64,000 nt of DNA. Origin: an uncultured delta proteobacterium. GTDB taxonomy: Bacteria > Myxococcota_A > Polyangia > Polyangiales > JAFGIB01. This document shows positions 32,024 to 42,013 of the stretch, piece after piece. Below the pieces are notes generated by a model. It was not told where the DNA came from, searched no databases, and was given only the letters and a program-made list of their open reading frames with translations. The stretch is from assembly GCA_963778655.1 (NCBI GenBank), contig CAVZVA010000011.1, positions 512,001 through 576,000 of the forward strand. The letters are read 5' to 3'. Numbering within the stretch: position 1 is the stretch's first letter; every line of letters starts with the position of its first letter. The translations under genes were made by a program, and so were the position numbers.

Positions 32024-33418
32024 CTAGTGCCCCGAGCCCTTGAACGCCGCCAGCAGCTCGGTCACCACCTTCTTGGCGTCGCCGAACACGAGCATGGTCT
32101 TGTCCAGGTAGAACAGCTCGTTGTCCACACCGGCGAAGCCGGGGTTCATGCTGCGCTTGACGAAGATCACCGTGCGCGCTTTGTCCACGTCCAGGATCGG
32201 CATGCCGTAGAGCGGCGAGCTCTTGTTGGTGCGTGCGGCCGGATTGGTCACGTCGTTGGCGCCCAGCACGATCGCCACGTCAGCCTCGGGAAACAGCGGG
32301 TTGATGCGCTCCATCTCCCACAGCTGATCGTAGGGCACGTCGGCCTCGGCCAGCAGCACGTTCATGTGGCCCGGCATGCGGCCCGCCACCGGGTGGATGG
32401 CGTACTTGACGTCGGTGCCGTGCGCCGCGAGCGTGTCCGCGAGCTCCTTGATCGCGTGCTGTGCCTGAGCCACCGCCATGCCGTAGCCCGGGACGATGAT
32501 CACCATGCGCGTGTCGTCGAGCACGGCCTTGGCATCGTCGATGGTGTAGCCCTGCACCGTCTTGCCGCCGGGAGAGACGCCTCCACCGGCGCCGGCGACC
32601 ACCTGGCCCACCCCGCCGAACAGCACGTTGGCGAACGATCGGTTCATCGCACGGCACATCAGGATCGACAGGATCAAGCCCGAGGTGCCGTCGAGCGCGC
32701 CGGCGACGATCAGCAGCTTGTTGCCGAGCACGAAGCCCATCGCACAGGACGACAAGCCCGCGTACGAGTTGAGAATCGCAATCACGGTCGGCATGTCGGC
32801 GCCGCCGATCGGAATGATCAGCAGCACACCGAAGGTGAGCGCCGCCGCGATCAGCAGGTACAGCGCCATGGTCGCGCCGGGGTCGATCGCGACCCAGGCG
32901 CCGGAGAGCAGCGCCAGGCTGAGCGTGCCCAGACTGACCAGGTTGCGGCCCGGGTAGACGATCGGGCGCGTGGGCAGGATCTCCTGCAGCTTGCCGAAGG
33001 CCATCATGCTGCCGGTGAAGGTCAGGAACCCGAGCAGCATCTCGGTGGCGAGGGCGCCGGCCGTGAAGCCCGCGATCGCGGGCGCGTTCTCGTGGTATTC
33101 GGCCACGCCCACCAGCGCAGCGGCCAGACCGCCGAACGCGTGCGAGAGCGCGGTCCGCTGCGGGACCGCCGTCATCGGCATGATCACCGCCATCGGCACT
33201 CCGATGATCGAGCCGATTACCAGCGCCACCGCGATCCAGGTGTAGCCCTGCGCGCTGAAACCGCCCGCGACCAGGGTCCCCACCACGGCCAGCACCATGG
33301 CGGCGCTTCCGGCCCAGTTCCCGCGGCGCGCGGTCTTGACCTGGCCCATCCACTTGAGCGCGAGGATGAACAGCGCCGCCGCCGCCAGATAGATGTATTG
33401 CACCAGGGAGCTCTGCAT
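32024..33418 (-). CDS. pntB: NAD(P) transhydrogenase subunit beta
   Basis: IGGADMPTVI, PGYGMAVAQAQH, HPVAGRMPGHMNVLLAEA, GANDVTNPAA. Confidence 0.96.
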   Translation of the reverse strand: MQSSLVQYIYLAAAALFILALKWMGQVKTARRGNWAGSAAMVLAVVGTLVAGGFSAQGYTWIAVALVIGSIIGVPMAVIMPMTAVPQRTALSHAFGGLAAALVGVAEYHENAPAIAGFTAGALATEMLLGFLTFTGSMMAFGKLQEILPTRPIVYPGRNLVSLGTLSLALLSGAWVAIDPGATMALYLLIAAALTFGVLLIIPIGGADMPTVIAILNSYAGLSSCAMGFVLGNKLLIVAGALDGTSGLILSILMCRAMNRSFANVLFGGVGQVVAGAGGGVSPGGKTVQGYTIDDAKAVLDDTRMVIIVPGYGMAVAQAQHAIKELADTLAAHGTDVKYAIHPVAGRMPGHMNVLLAEADVPYDQLWEMERINPLFPEADVAIVLGANDVTNPAARTNKSSPLYGMPILDVDKARTVIFVKRSMNPGFAGVDNELFYLDKTMLVFGDAKKVVTELLAAFKGSGH

Positions 33419-33448
33419 GGAGTGCGCTCTCGTTGCGGCGAGCCGACG

Positions 33449-33742
33449 CTAGCCCTGGCGCTTCTTGAACATCTTCAAGATGCGCTCGGTGATCATGAAG
33501 CCGCCCACGGCGTTGATCGCGGAGCAGGCGATCGCGATCGCGCCCAGCACGGTAGATAGGGGATCGGTCTGGCGCCCGGTGATGATCAGCGAGCCCACCA
33601 CCGCGATCGAAGCGATGGCGTTCGTGAGCGACATCAGCGGAGTGTGCAGCAGCCGTGACACCCCACGGATGAGCTCGAGGCCCAGGAAGCTGGCCAGCAC
33701 GAAGACGAACAGGTTGTCGAGCAGACCCGAGGGAGCGTTCAT
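33449..33742 (-). CDS. pntAB: NAD(P) transhydrogenase subunit alpha, membrane part (alpha-2)
   Basis: LHTPLMSLTNAI, INAVGGFMITERILKMF. Confidence 0.92.
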   Translation of the reverse strand: MNAPSGLLDNLFVFVLASFLGLELIRGVSRLLHTPLMSLTNAIASIAVVGSLIITGRQTDPLSTVLGAIAIACSAINAVGGFMITERILKMFKKRQG

Positions 33743-33980
33743 CGTCAGATCCCGATTAGGTTGGGGGCGGGGGGCTGGCGACCCACCTTCGGGGCGCAGC
33801 TCCTAGCAGATGCACAGTCCCCGTGCAAATCGGGGGCCGAGCCCCCAGAAGCACGATCGCGGGCCCGTGGCGGCCGGGGCGCGGGTCCGCGTTTGCAAAC
33901 CTTGACCCCGCGGAGGTCTTGCGGGATAAACGCCCGCCGCAACTGCCGGGCTCCTCAGCGGTCCCGGCTCGGGAGCCGAC

Positions 33981-36059
33981 GTGCCGCGCCTTTCCCTTTA
34001 TGCCATAGCGATGGGCCTGCTGGCCCTGGCCGTCGCCCTCGGGCTTTACCTGCGGGTCAAGTCCGCGGCCGAGGGCAACGAGCAAATGGCGCGCATCGCG
34101 CGCTACATTCGGGACGGCGCCATGGCCTTCCTGGTCCGCGAGTACAAGGTGCTCGCGATCTACGCCGTGGTGGTTTCGAGCCTGCTCTTCCTGGCGTTTC
34201 AGAGCCATGGGCTGGGCGTGCACGCGGCCTGCGCCTTCCTGTCGGGCGCGTTCCTCTCGCTGCTGGCCGGCTTCTTCGGCATGAAGGCGGCCACCTACGC
34301 CAACGTGCGCACCACCGAAGCGGCCCGCTCCCGCGGCATGGGCCCGGCGCTGGTGATGGCGCTGGACGGGGGCGCGGTGATGGGCCTGTGCGTGGCCGGG
34401 TTGGGCCTGATCGGCCTCGGCTGCGTGTACCAGCTTTTCGGCCAGGCCGAGGAGCGCACGCTCGGCACGGTGATCCACGCCTTTGCGGTGGGTGCGTCGT
34501 CGATCGCGCTGTTCGCCCGCATCGGCGGCGGCATCTACACTAAGGCGGCCGACGTGGGCGCCGACATCGTGGGCAAGGTCGAGGCCAACATCCCGGAGGA
34601 CGACCCGCGCAACCCTGGCGTGATCGCCGACAACGTGGGCGACAATGTGGGCGACGTGGCCGGGATGGGCGCGGACATCTACGAGAGCTACGTGGCTGCG
34701 ATCGTCGCTGCGATGGCGCTGGGTCTGACCATGCCGATCGGGGATCTGCAGCCGCTGGCGCCTGGCGTGGGCGATGAAACGACCCTGCGCGGCCTGGCCG
34801 TGGCCGTGCCCATCCTGCTGGCCACGCTGGGGCTGGGGGTGTCGCTGCTCGGCATCCTGATCACGCGCACGCTCAGCGCGCTGCCGCCGGCCCGCGTCCT
34901 GCGCATGGCGCTCATGCTGCCCCCCTTGCTGGCCATCGCCGCTGCGTTCTTCGTGCTGCCGGCCGTGGGCGTGGCGGAGAGCGTGCTGGTTACGCTCGGA
35001 GCCGGCGCTCTTGGCGGCGCGATCGTCGGGCTGGTCACGGATTACTACACCTCGATGGGACCGGTGCGGAAGATCGCGACCGCCTCGCTGACGGGCCCGG
35101 GAACCAACGTCATCGCCGGCTTGGCCGTGGGCCTGGAGAGCTGCGCGGTACCGCTGGTCACGCTGTGCGTGGTCGGCTTCGTCTCGAGCCAGGTGCTCGG
35201 TCTCTACGGCATCGCGCTGGCCGCGGTCGGAATGCTGGCCGGCACCGCCGTGGTGATGACCGTCGACGCCTACGGGCCGATCGCGGACAACGCCGGGGGC
35301 ATCTCCGAGATGAGCGGCCTCGGTCCGGACGTGCGCAAGATCACCGACGAGCTCGACTCTGTGGGCAACACCACGGCTGCGGTCGGCAAGGGCTTTGCGA
35401 TCGGCTCGGCCGTGCTAACCGTCGTCGCGCTGTTCTCGGCCTTCAACATGGAGGTCAATGCCGGCCGCGCGCTGCGCGGCGAGGAAGCGCTCAAGCTCAA
35501 CCTGATCGATGCCCATGTGCTGATGGGCGTGCTGTTCGGCGCCGTGCTGCCGTGTCTGGTGGCGGCTTCGACCATGAACGCGGTGGGGCGCGCGGCAGGC
35601 GCGATCGTCGAGGAGATCCGGCGCCAGTTCCGCGAGATTCCCGGCCTGCTCGAGGGCAAGCCCGGCGCGGAGCCTCAGCCCGCGCACATCGTGGACCTGG
35701 CCACGACCGCAGCGATCCGGGAGATGCTGTTTCCGGGCTCGATCGCCATCGTGGCGCCGGTGCTGGTCGGCTTCCTGCTCGGAGCCAAGGTGCTCGCGGG
35801 CGCGCTGGCCGGCGCGCTGGCCGTGGGCGCGACGCTCTCGCTGTTGATGGCGAACGGCGGCGGCGCCTGGGACAACGCCAAGAAGCTGATCGAAAAGGGC
35901 GGCCTTCCCGGCCACGGCAAGGGCTCGGACGCGCACAAGGCGGCCGTTGTCGGCGACACCGTGGGCGATCCCTTCAAGGACACCTCCGGCCCGGGCGTCT
36001 CCATCCTGATCAAGGTGATGGGCGTGGTCTCGCTGCTGATCGCCCCGCTGCTGAGCTGA
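33981..36059 (+). CDS. hppA: Membrane-bound ion-translocating pyrophosphatase, K+-dependent signature
   Basis: [52 protein letters not shown]. Confidence 0.96.
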   Translation: MPRLSLYAIAMGLLALAVALGLYLRVKSAAEGNEQMARIARYIRDGAMAFLVREYKVLAIYAVVVSSLLFLAFQSHGLGVHAACAFLSGAFLSLLAGFFGMKAATYANVRTTEAARSRGMGPALVMALDGGAVMGLCVAGLGLIGLGCVYQLFGQAEERTLGTVIHAFAVGASSIALFARIGGGIYTKAADVGADIVGKVEANIPEDDPRNPGVIADNVGDNVGDVAGMGADIYESYVAAIVAAMALGLTMPIGDLQPLAPGVGDETTLRGLAVAVPILLATLGLGVSLLGILITRTLSALPPARVLRMALMLPPLLAIAAAFFVLPAVGVAESVLVTLGAGALGGAIVGLVTDYYTSMGPVRKIATASLTGPGTNVIAGLAVGLESCAVPLVTLCVVGFVSSQVLGLYGIALAAVGMLAGTAVVMTVDAYGPIADNAGGISEMSGLGPDVRKITDELDSVGNTTAAVGKGFAIGSAVLTVVALFSAFNMEVNAGRALRGEEALKLNLIDAHVLMGVLFGAVLPCLVAASTMNAVGRAAGAIVEEIRRQFREIPGLLEGKPGAEPQPAHIVDLATTAAIREMLFPGSIAIVAPVLVGFLLGAKVLAGALAGALAVGATLSLLMANGGGAWDNAKKLIEKGGLPGHGKGSDAHKAAVVGDTVGDPFKDTSGPGVSILIKVMGVVSLLIAPLLS

Positions 36060-36507
36060 CCTCCGCGCCAGCCGGCAACCGGCTCACACAGTCGCAATCG
36101 CGCCGCTGCCCGCCGTGTGGCCGCGCGCGTCACGCTCCCAAGACGCAAACCACGCCTCGTCAGGCCAGGGCGTGCGATCCCGGTCGCAGTCGGCCACGAC
36201 CTCGTCCGCGCGTCGTGCCCCGAGTCGCGCTCGCCGTCGTCGCGCCCACGCTCTCATCACCCGCGCCTGCGCCCGGCAGCAGCCGAGCCCTCGCTCGCGC
36301 CCGTGCAGGCGTTGCGCAGGGTCCCGCAGCGGGCGCCCGAAGCGCGACCGCCCCGCCGCCCACCACCCCGCAGGCGCGACCCTGCCGCGCCGGGGCGTGG
36401 GCCTCCGTGCACAGCCAGTCGGCATCAGCCGCACGCAGCGCCGCCGCCTGCCGCCGCCAGGCCGGCTGCCCGCTCGGGGCGCGGGGCCGGGCCCCCCCTC
36501 CGCCTGC

Positions 36508-38094
36508 TCAGGGCGCGGCGGCCGCGGGCTGCTTGTTGGCTGCGGGCTTGGGCTTGGCCGCCGCCGGCTTGGCGGATTTCTTGGGTTTGGCCGCGCCGGC
36601 TTTCGCGTGCTCGCCGGTCGCCTTGGCGCCCTCGGTGCTCGCACCGCCGTCTGGACCCGCATCCACGCCGCCGTCGAGACCGCCGTCGAGGCCGCCGTCC
36701 GGGCCGGCGTCGGGCCCCAGGTCGTCCTCCAGGTCGCCGAGGTCGATGCCGCCACCCTGATCGCCGCCCTCGCCCCCGCCAGGAGGCGCTTGCGCCTCCA
36801 CCGGGGCCGTGAAGTCGTCGGTGTGCAGCAAGCTCGGCAGCCAGGTGCAGATCTCCGGCACATAGCAGACCACCATCAGCGTGGCGAACAAGACCCCGAT
36901 GAACGGCAACACCACGCGATACAGGTAGGTGACCGGTTTGCCGAAGCGCAGGCTCGAGATGAACAGGTTGATGCCGAGCGGCGGCGCGAGATAAGCGATC
37001 TCCAAGTTGAGCAAGAAGATGATCGCGAAGTGGAACGGGTCGAGCCCATAGGCCCGCGCCAGCGGCAGCACCAGCGGCACGGCGACCACGATCGCCGTGA
37101 AGATCTCCATGAACATGCCCACGATGATCAGGAACACGTTGAGCGTGAGCATGAAGATCAGCTTCGAGGCGATCAGCGTCTCGAGCATGTCGAGCAGCTT
37201 GGTCGGGATCTCGTCCTGGATCATCCAAGCGGTGAAGCCGATGCCGCACGAGAGGATGATCAGGATGGCGCCGACCAGCGTCATCGAGTCGACCACGATG
37301 CGCGGCAGATCCTTGCGGATCGACACGTCGCGATAGACGAAGACCTCGATGATCAGCACGTAGACCGCGGTGAAAGCCGAGGCCTCGTGGATGCGCAGCA
37401 CGCCGGTGAACAGGCCACCGAGCAGCACCACCGGAATGGTGGCCTCCCATTTCGCCTTCCACAACGTGCTCCAGGCGCGCTTCCACTTGAACGGAACCGG
37501 CTTGTAGTTGGAGCGCTTGCCGACCCAAGCCGCATAGACCGACAGCACCAACACCACCAGGATGCCGGGCACGATGCCCGCGAGCATCAACTTCTCCATG
37601 TTGACGTTCGCGATGATGCCGTAGAGGATCAACGGCACGCAGGGAGGGAACAGGATGCCGAGCGAGCCGCCGGTCGTGACCAGGCCGTAGGAGAAGTCCT
37701 CCGGGTACTTCTCCTGCAGCATAGTAGGCAGCAGCAGGCCGCCGACCGCGACGATGGTGATGCCGCTGCCACCGGTGAAGGTGGTGAAGAAGGCCGAAGC
37801 CATCAGGCAGACCACCGCCAGCCCGCCGGGCATCCAGCCCAACCAAGCGCGCGAGAGATCGATCAGGCGCCCCGGCATGCCGGACTCGGCCAGCAGATAG
37901 CCGGCGAAGGTGAACAGCGGGATGGTCATCAGCGTGGGGTTCTCGGCGAACTTCGCGCTGAAGACATCGATGCCGACCGAGGCCCAGGAGCCTTCTGGCA
38001 TCTGCAAGAACTTGGCGATCGCCGCGGCGCTGAACAGGCAGAACAGCGGCGCGCCGATCAGCGCGAGCACGATCAAGCCGACCAGGACGATCAT
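36508..38094 (-). CDS. dctM: TRAP transporter large permease with low-complexity tail
   Basis: IPLFTFAGYLL, FTGGSGITIVAVG, GSLGILFPP, APPLGINLF. Confidence 0.9.
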   Translation of the reverse strand: MIVLVGLIVLALIGAPLFCLFSAAAIAKFLQMPEGSWASVGIDVFSAKFAENPTLMTIPLFTFAGYLLAESGMPGRLIDLSRAWLGWMPGGLAVVCLMASAFFTTFTGGSGITIVAVGGLLLPTMLQEKYPEDFSYGLVTTGGSLGILFPPCVPLILYGIIANVNMEKLMLAGIVPGILVVLVLSVYAAWVGKRSNYKPVPFKWKRAWSTLWKAKWEATIPVVLLGGLFTGVLRIHEASAFTAVYVLIIEVFVYRDVSIRKDLPRIVVDSMTLVGAILIILSCGIGFTAWMIQDEIPTKLLDMLETLIASKLIFMLTLNVFLIIVGMFMEIFTAIVVAVPLVLPLARAYGLDPFHFAIIFLLNLEIAYLAPPLGINLFISSLRFGKPVTYLYRVVLPFIGVLFATLMVVCYVPEICTWLPSLLHTDDFTAPVEAQAPPGGGEGGDQGGGIDLGDLEDDLGPDAGPDGGLDGGLDGGVDAGPDGGASTEGAKATGEHAKAGAAKPKKSAKPAAAKPKPAANKQPAAAAP

Positions 38095-38867
38095 GACTGG
38101 CCTCCCTTCGTCGGCTCGGGCTCGTCACCGCCGGTGTGCAGCACGGACTGCTGTTGGGCCAGTATCCGTCTGCGTTCCTCCTCCTCGGCGACGGCTATCG
38201 CCTCCTCACCTCCCAACACGGTACCGAAGTAGCCGATGCCCTGCGCGATCAGGCGGATTGCGATGGCGAAAAACATCACCGGCACGATCAGCTGGAACGC
38301 CGCACCCGGAGTCTCCGCGGGAATGCCGACGGAGTTCAGGATGGAACGGAAGAAGCAGAAGACGGTCGGCTTGCTGAAGTCCTCGAGGCCCTTGAGCTCG
38401 GCCGGCGTGGCATCGCAGACGTGCATCGGGCCATTGGGGCCGAGCAGCTCATACTCGACCGGCCGTTCGGTCAGGTTGAGCTCCACCGCCTTCGAGAAGG
38501 AGTAGGTGAGCCCGAGCGTGATGAAGCCCGCCAGCACCCCGCTTATGGCGAGCATCCAGTACTTGCCCTTGGGTGGCGCCAGGCGCAGCAACACGTCGAT
38601 CGCGATGTGCTTGTGCTTGTAGGTCGCCATCGAGGCGCCCAGGAATGCAAGCCACAGCGTGCCTTTGCGCAGGAACGAGTCGGCCCACTCCATGTTGGTC
38701 AGCAGGTCGTTGGCCCACTGGACGTCGAAGCGCGTCAGGTTGCGGATGCCTGCCTGGAACCCGGCGACCAGCACCATGAGGATCAACACCCCCACGGTAA
38801 GCCAGCTCTCGCCGCGCGCCCATGCGCGGTCCACTCGACGAAGGAAGTCCATCATGTTGCGTCTCAC
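38091..38867 (-). CDS. dctQ: TRAP transporter small permease
   Basis: WADSFLRKGTLWLAFLGASMATYKHKHIAID; ATGA overlap with dctM. Confidence 0.85.
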   Translation of the reverse strand: MRRNMMDFLRRVDRAWARGESWLTVGVLILMVLVAGFQAGIRNLTRFDVQWANDLLTNMEWADSFLRKGTLWLAFLGASMATYKHKHIAIDVLLRLAPPKGKYWMLAISGVLAGFITLGLTYSFSKAVELNLTERPVEYELLGPNGPMHVCDATPAELKGLEDFSKPTVFCFFRSILNSVGIPAETPGAAFQLIVPVMFFAIAIRLIAQGIGYFGTVLGGEEAIAVAEEEERRRILAQQQSVLHTGGDEPEPTKGGQS

Positions 38868-39020
38868 TTCACCCGTTTGGGTCGGGGCCCTTCGATCGGC
38901 CGTGGCGAAAGCTCCCGCCGCGGCCCAATAGCGCGCTCGAATTGCGCAAGAAATCCTCTGTTTGTGGCGGGCCTTCCCGAGCTCGCTCCGCCGGGCCGCT
39001 GCCCGTAGCGACCGCCGGCC

Positions 39021-39950
39021 TCAATCGTAGAAGAGCTCGTCGATCTTCTTGAGCAACCGTTCGGCCTGATGCCGCGCGAGCTTGTTGGGGAGGCGGTACT
39101 TCTCGACGTCTGGGGCCTGCAGCACTTCCATCAGCAAGCGCTGGAACATGGCCCGATCCTGGAGCGCCACCGCGCACCGCTCGGCCATCGCCACCAGGAT
39201 GCCGTGATTGGTGCGGTGCTCGACCTCGGCCGCCTTCTCCATCAACTTCAGCCCGACCTTGGGCCGGCCGCCCACGGCTTCGGGCATGGTGCACTCGATC
39301 GTGCCGAGCAGCAGCAGGCCCTGACCGCCGCTGATCGTCGGGTCGAGCTCGACCGAACGTTCGACCATGTACCGCGCGTACGGCAGGTCCACCGCCGCGG
39401 CGAGGCCGTCTTCGGACTCGATCATCGACACCAGGTAGCCCAACGCCGCGGTCAGCAAGGGCTCGGCGTCCTTCTTCTCGAAGAAGTTCGCGTCGATCCA
39501 CTTGTTGAACTTGTCGCTGCCGCCGGCCACGGCCGCGTCGAAGTTCGAGTCGCGCAAGCGCAGCAGGCGTTTGGAATAGTACAGCGCCCGCGCGTACAAC
39601 AATCCGGCGCGCTTATTGAGCTTCTCCACCCTGTCGTAGTTGCCGTCGATCTCCGCCTGGTCGGCTTCGGCTTGCAGCCAGCCCACCCCGTAGGCCACGT
39701 TGGAGAAGATCGTCCCCATCAGCAGCGGCTCGTAGTCGGGAACAAAATAGATCAGGCCTTCGTTGGTCACGGTGCCGGCCGCAACCACCGGACCCAGCAT
39801 CTCGGGATCGGCGAACGCGCTGCCGCGTTCCTTGGTGAACTCCGCGGTGCCGTCGACGGTCCCCTTGACGAGGATGGAGGTGAGATTGCACCCGGCCAGC
39901 AGGCAGGTCAGGGCGGCCAGCGCCGGATAGAGGATTTTTGTGCCTTTCAT
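39021..39950 (-). CDS. TRAP-associated TatT (T-component) lipoprotein
   Basis: Lipobox LAGC; helical; MPEAVGGRP motif; C-terminal ARHQAERLLKKIDELF; directly upstream of dctQM. Confidence 0.78.
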   Translation of the reverse strand: MKGTKILYPALAALTCLLAGCNLTSILVKGTVDGTAEFTKERGSAFADPEMLGPVVAAGTVTNEGLIYFVPDYEPLLMGTIFSNVAYGVGWLQAEADQAEIDGNYDRVEKLNKRAGLLYARALYYSKRLLRLRDSNFDAAVAGGSDKFNKWIDANFFEKKDAEPLLTAALGYLVSMIESEDGLAAAVDLPYARYMVERSVELDPTISGGQGLLLLGTIECTMPEAVGGRPKVGLKLMEKAAEVEHRTNHGILVAMAERCAVALQDRAMFQRLLMEVLQAPDVEKYRLPNKLARHQAERLLKKIDELFYD

Positions 39951-40099
39951 CGCCCGCCCTTGATATTCGCGTCGCCCGCAGCTGTCAACGCAGGTTTGCT
40001 GTCGCCGTGACGGCCATGAGCCGTCATCATTTCGGTGACGTGGCGCTGCCTTCGGCCCGCGGCTTGCTATGCTCCCGGCGCGGCTCGAGGTGGTCCTTC

Positions 40100-40612
40100 G
40101 TGTCGATCGCGACCCAGGTACTGAGACTTTGCACAGTCGCCATCGTGGGCTCTCTCGCCCTCGCATGGCTGCGGGGATTGCCCCCGCGTCAGAGCGCTCA
40201 CAGCGAGGCGGGCGGAGCCTGCCACGCACCCCCGTCGCTGGCGACCCCCGGTGAGGTGCGCTGGGTGACCCAGGACGAAGCACGCGCCCTGGTGGGACGC
40301 CAGGGCGTGGCGTTCGTCGACTGCCGGCCGCGCCTGCAGTTCGAGGCTGGGCACGTCACCGGGGCGATTCACTTCGACCCGACGCAGGCCAGCCCCGATC
40401 GCCAATTGTTCGAATCGCTCACGGGGGCGCGCACGGTGGTGACCTACTGCGACGCGGAGCGGCAGTGCGAACGCTCGCTCGCCATGGCGCGCAAGCTGCG
40501 CAAGGCGGGGCTTGCCGACGTGCGGGTGCTCGAGGGCGGTCTGCCCGGCTGGCTGCAGCACGGTTATCCCGCGGAATCGGGCACGTGCCCTCAGTGCGAG
40601 GCCTCCAAGTGA
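40100..40612 (+). CDS. Rhodanese-like domain protein with N-terminal TM
   Basis: FVDCRP, FEAGHVTGA, TYCDAERQC, VLEGGLPGW; C-terminal CPQC. Confidence 0.85.
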   Translation: MSIATQVLRLCTVAIVGSLALAWLRGLPPRQSAHSEAGGACHAPPSLATPGEVRWVTQDEARALVGRQGVAFVDCRPRLQFEAGHVTGAIHFDPTQASPDRQLFESLTGARTVVTYCDAERQCERSLAMARKLRKAGLADVRVLEGGLPGWLQHGYPAESGTCPQCEASK

Positions 40613-41064
40613 GGCTGCGGGCGCCGGCACCGCCGCGGGCGTTGCGACTGCTGGTCCGGCTGGGGCTGGCGGCGTTGTTCGTGTACGCGGGGGCGGCCAA
40701 GCTGGCCGACCCTGCCAGCTTCGCGCAGGAGATCGGCAACTACCGCGTGCTATCGGACACGCTCGGCCGCGCGCTGGCGGTGGGCCTGCCGGTGCTCGAG
40801 GTCGTCGCCGGTCTGGGCTTGCTGACCGGCACCTACATGCGTGGGGCCGCGGCGCTGTGCGGGCTGATGCTGCTGGCCTTCGCCGGGGCGATGGCGCAGG
40901 CCAAGCTCCGCGGGATCAACCTGGAGTGTGGGTGTTTCGGCGCCAGCGCCAAGCTGCAGGTCTCCTGGGCCAAGGTGACGCTCGACCTGTTGCTGGCTAT
41001 GCTTGCGGTATGGATCGCTTCGGCCGCCCAACGCGTGCCCGACACCCGGCAGGCGAGCGCTTGA
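40609..41064 (+). CDS. MauE/DoxX family membrane protein
   Basis: FVYAGAAKL, LPVLEVVAG, GINLECGCFG; GTGA overlap with the rhodanese gene. Confidence 0.85.
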   Translation: MRLRAPAPPRALRLLVRLGLAALFVYAGAAKLADPASFAQEIGNYRVLSDTLGRALAVGLPVLEVVAGLGLLTGTYMRGAAALCGLMLLAFAGAMAQAKLRGINLECGCFGASAKLQVSWAKVTLDLLLAMLAVWIASAAQRVPDTRQASA

Positions 41065-41657
41065 GCCTCCGCGGTCCGGCGCTGCTGTTGGCGTCCTGCC
41101 TGCTGTGCGGGCTGGGCGCCGGCCTGATGCCGCCGCGATCGGCCCACGCCAGCGTGGTGCTCGCGCTCTCGCTCGAGGATCTGACGCGCAAGGCCGACCT
41201 GATCGCGATCGTGGTGCCCACGGAGCAGCAGTCACGGATGCGCGACGATCAGCACCTGATCGTGACCGACGTGAGCCTGCGCCTGGAGCAGGTGCTCAAG
41301 GGCGACCTCAAGCCGGGCCAGACCGCAGTGGCGACCCTGCTCGGAGGCCGGATCGGCCAGCTCGCGCTGCAGGTGCCGGGCGAGGCCAGCCTGCCGGTGG
41401 GCCAGCGCGTGCTGGTGTTTCTGCAGCACGCGCCGCCGGAAGGCGAGCTGCACGCGGTCGGGATGTCGCAGGGCGTGATGGCGCTGAGCCAGCAGGGGAG
41501 GACCACGCTGGTGATGCCCGGGGGCAACGGCGCAGCGCTGATGGTGCCCGCGGCCAACGGCGCGTTGCAGGACGCACCGGACGCGCTGATGCAGCCTCAG
41601 CCGCTGGGCGCGTTGCTCGATCGCATCCGCGGGCTGGTCGCCGCGCAAGGGCACTGA
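41061..41657 (+). CDS. Hypothetical secreted protein
   Basis: Signal peptide ending AHA; SLEDLTRKADLI, LGGRIG, VLVFL, VGMSQG; TTGA overlap. Confidence 0.65.
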   Translation: MSLRGPALLLASCLLCGLGAGLMPPRSAHASVVLALSLEDLTRKADLIAIVVPTEQQSRMRDDQHLIVTDVSLRLEQVLKGDLKPGQTAVATLLGGRIGQLALQVPGEASLPVGQRVLVFLQHAPPEGELHAVGMSQGVMALSQQGRTTLVMPGGNGAALMVPAANGALQDAPDALMQPQPLGALLDRIRGLVAAQGH

Positions 41658-42013
41658 GCCCGGACGGCGTGCGGCGGACGCGGGCGCCGTGTCGCTGTTC
41701 GACCAGACCGGCCATCGCCCTGCGCCACCGCCCGAGCCGCCAGTGCGACCGGCGGGCCGCCACCCCCGAGCCCACGGTTCGCTGCGCCCCGACCGCCGAA
41801 CCCATCAAGCCCCCGAGGGCACGCCGGCAGACAGGCTCGCGCCAACCGTAGCGCGCGTCCGCGGCGCCGGAACCGAGACTGCCCCACTCGCTTCGATGAT
41901 TGCGGGCACGAAGCGAAGATTGCTAGCTTCGGCGTCCGGCGGGAGGCATCCCGCGGATTCTGGCGCAACCGCTTCTCGCTCGCCCGACACGACCAGACAA
42001 CTGTCTCGCCGCC

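Noticed and set aside
36060..36507. 450-bp gap between hppA and dctM ends
   Set aside because: Only low-complexity overlapping ORFs; no convincing gene or RNA structure by eye
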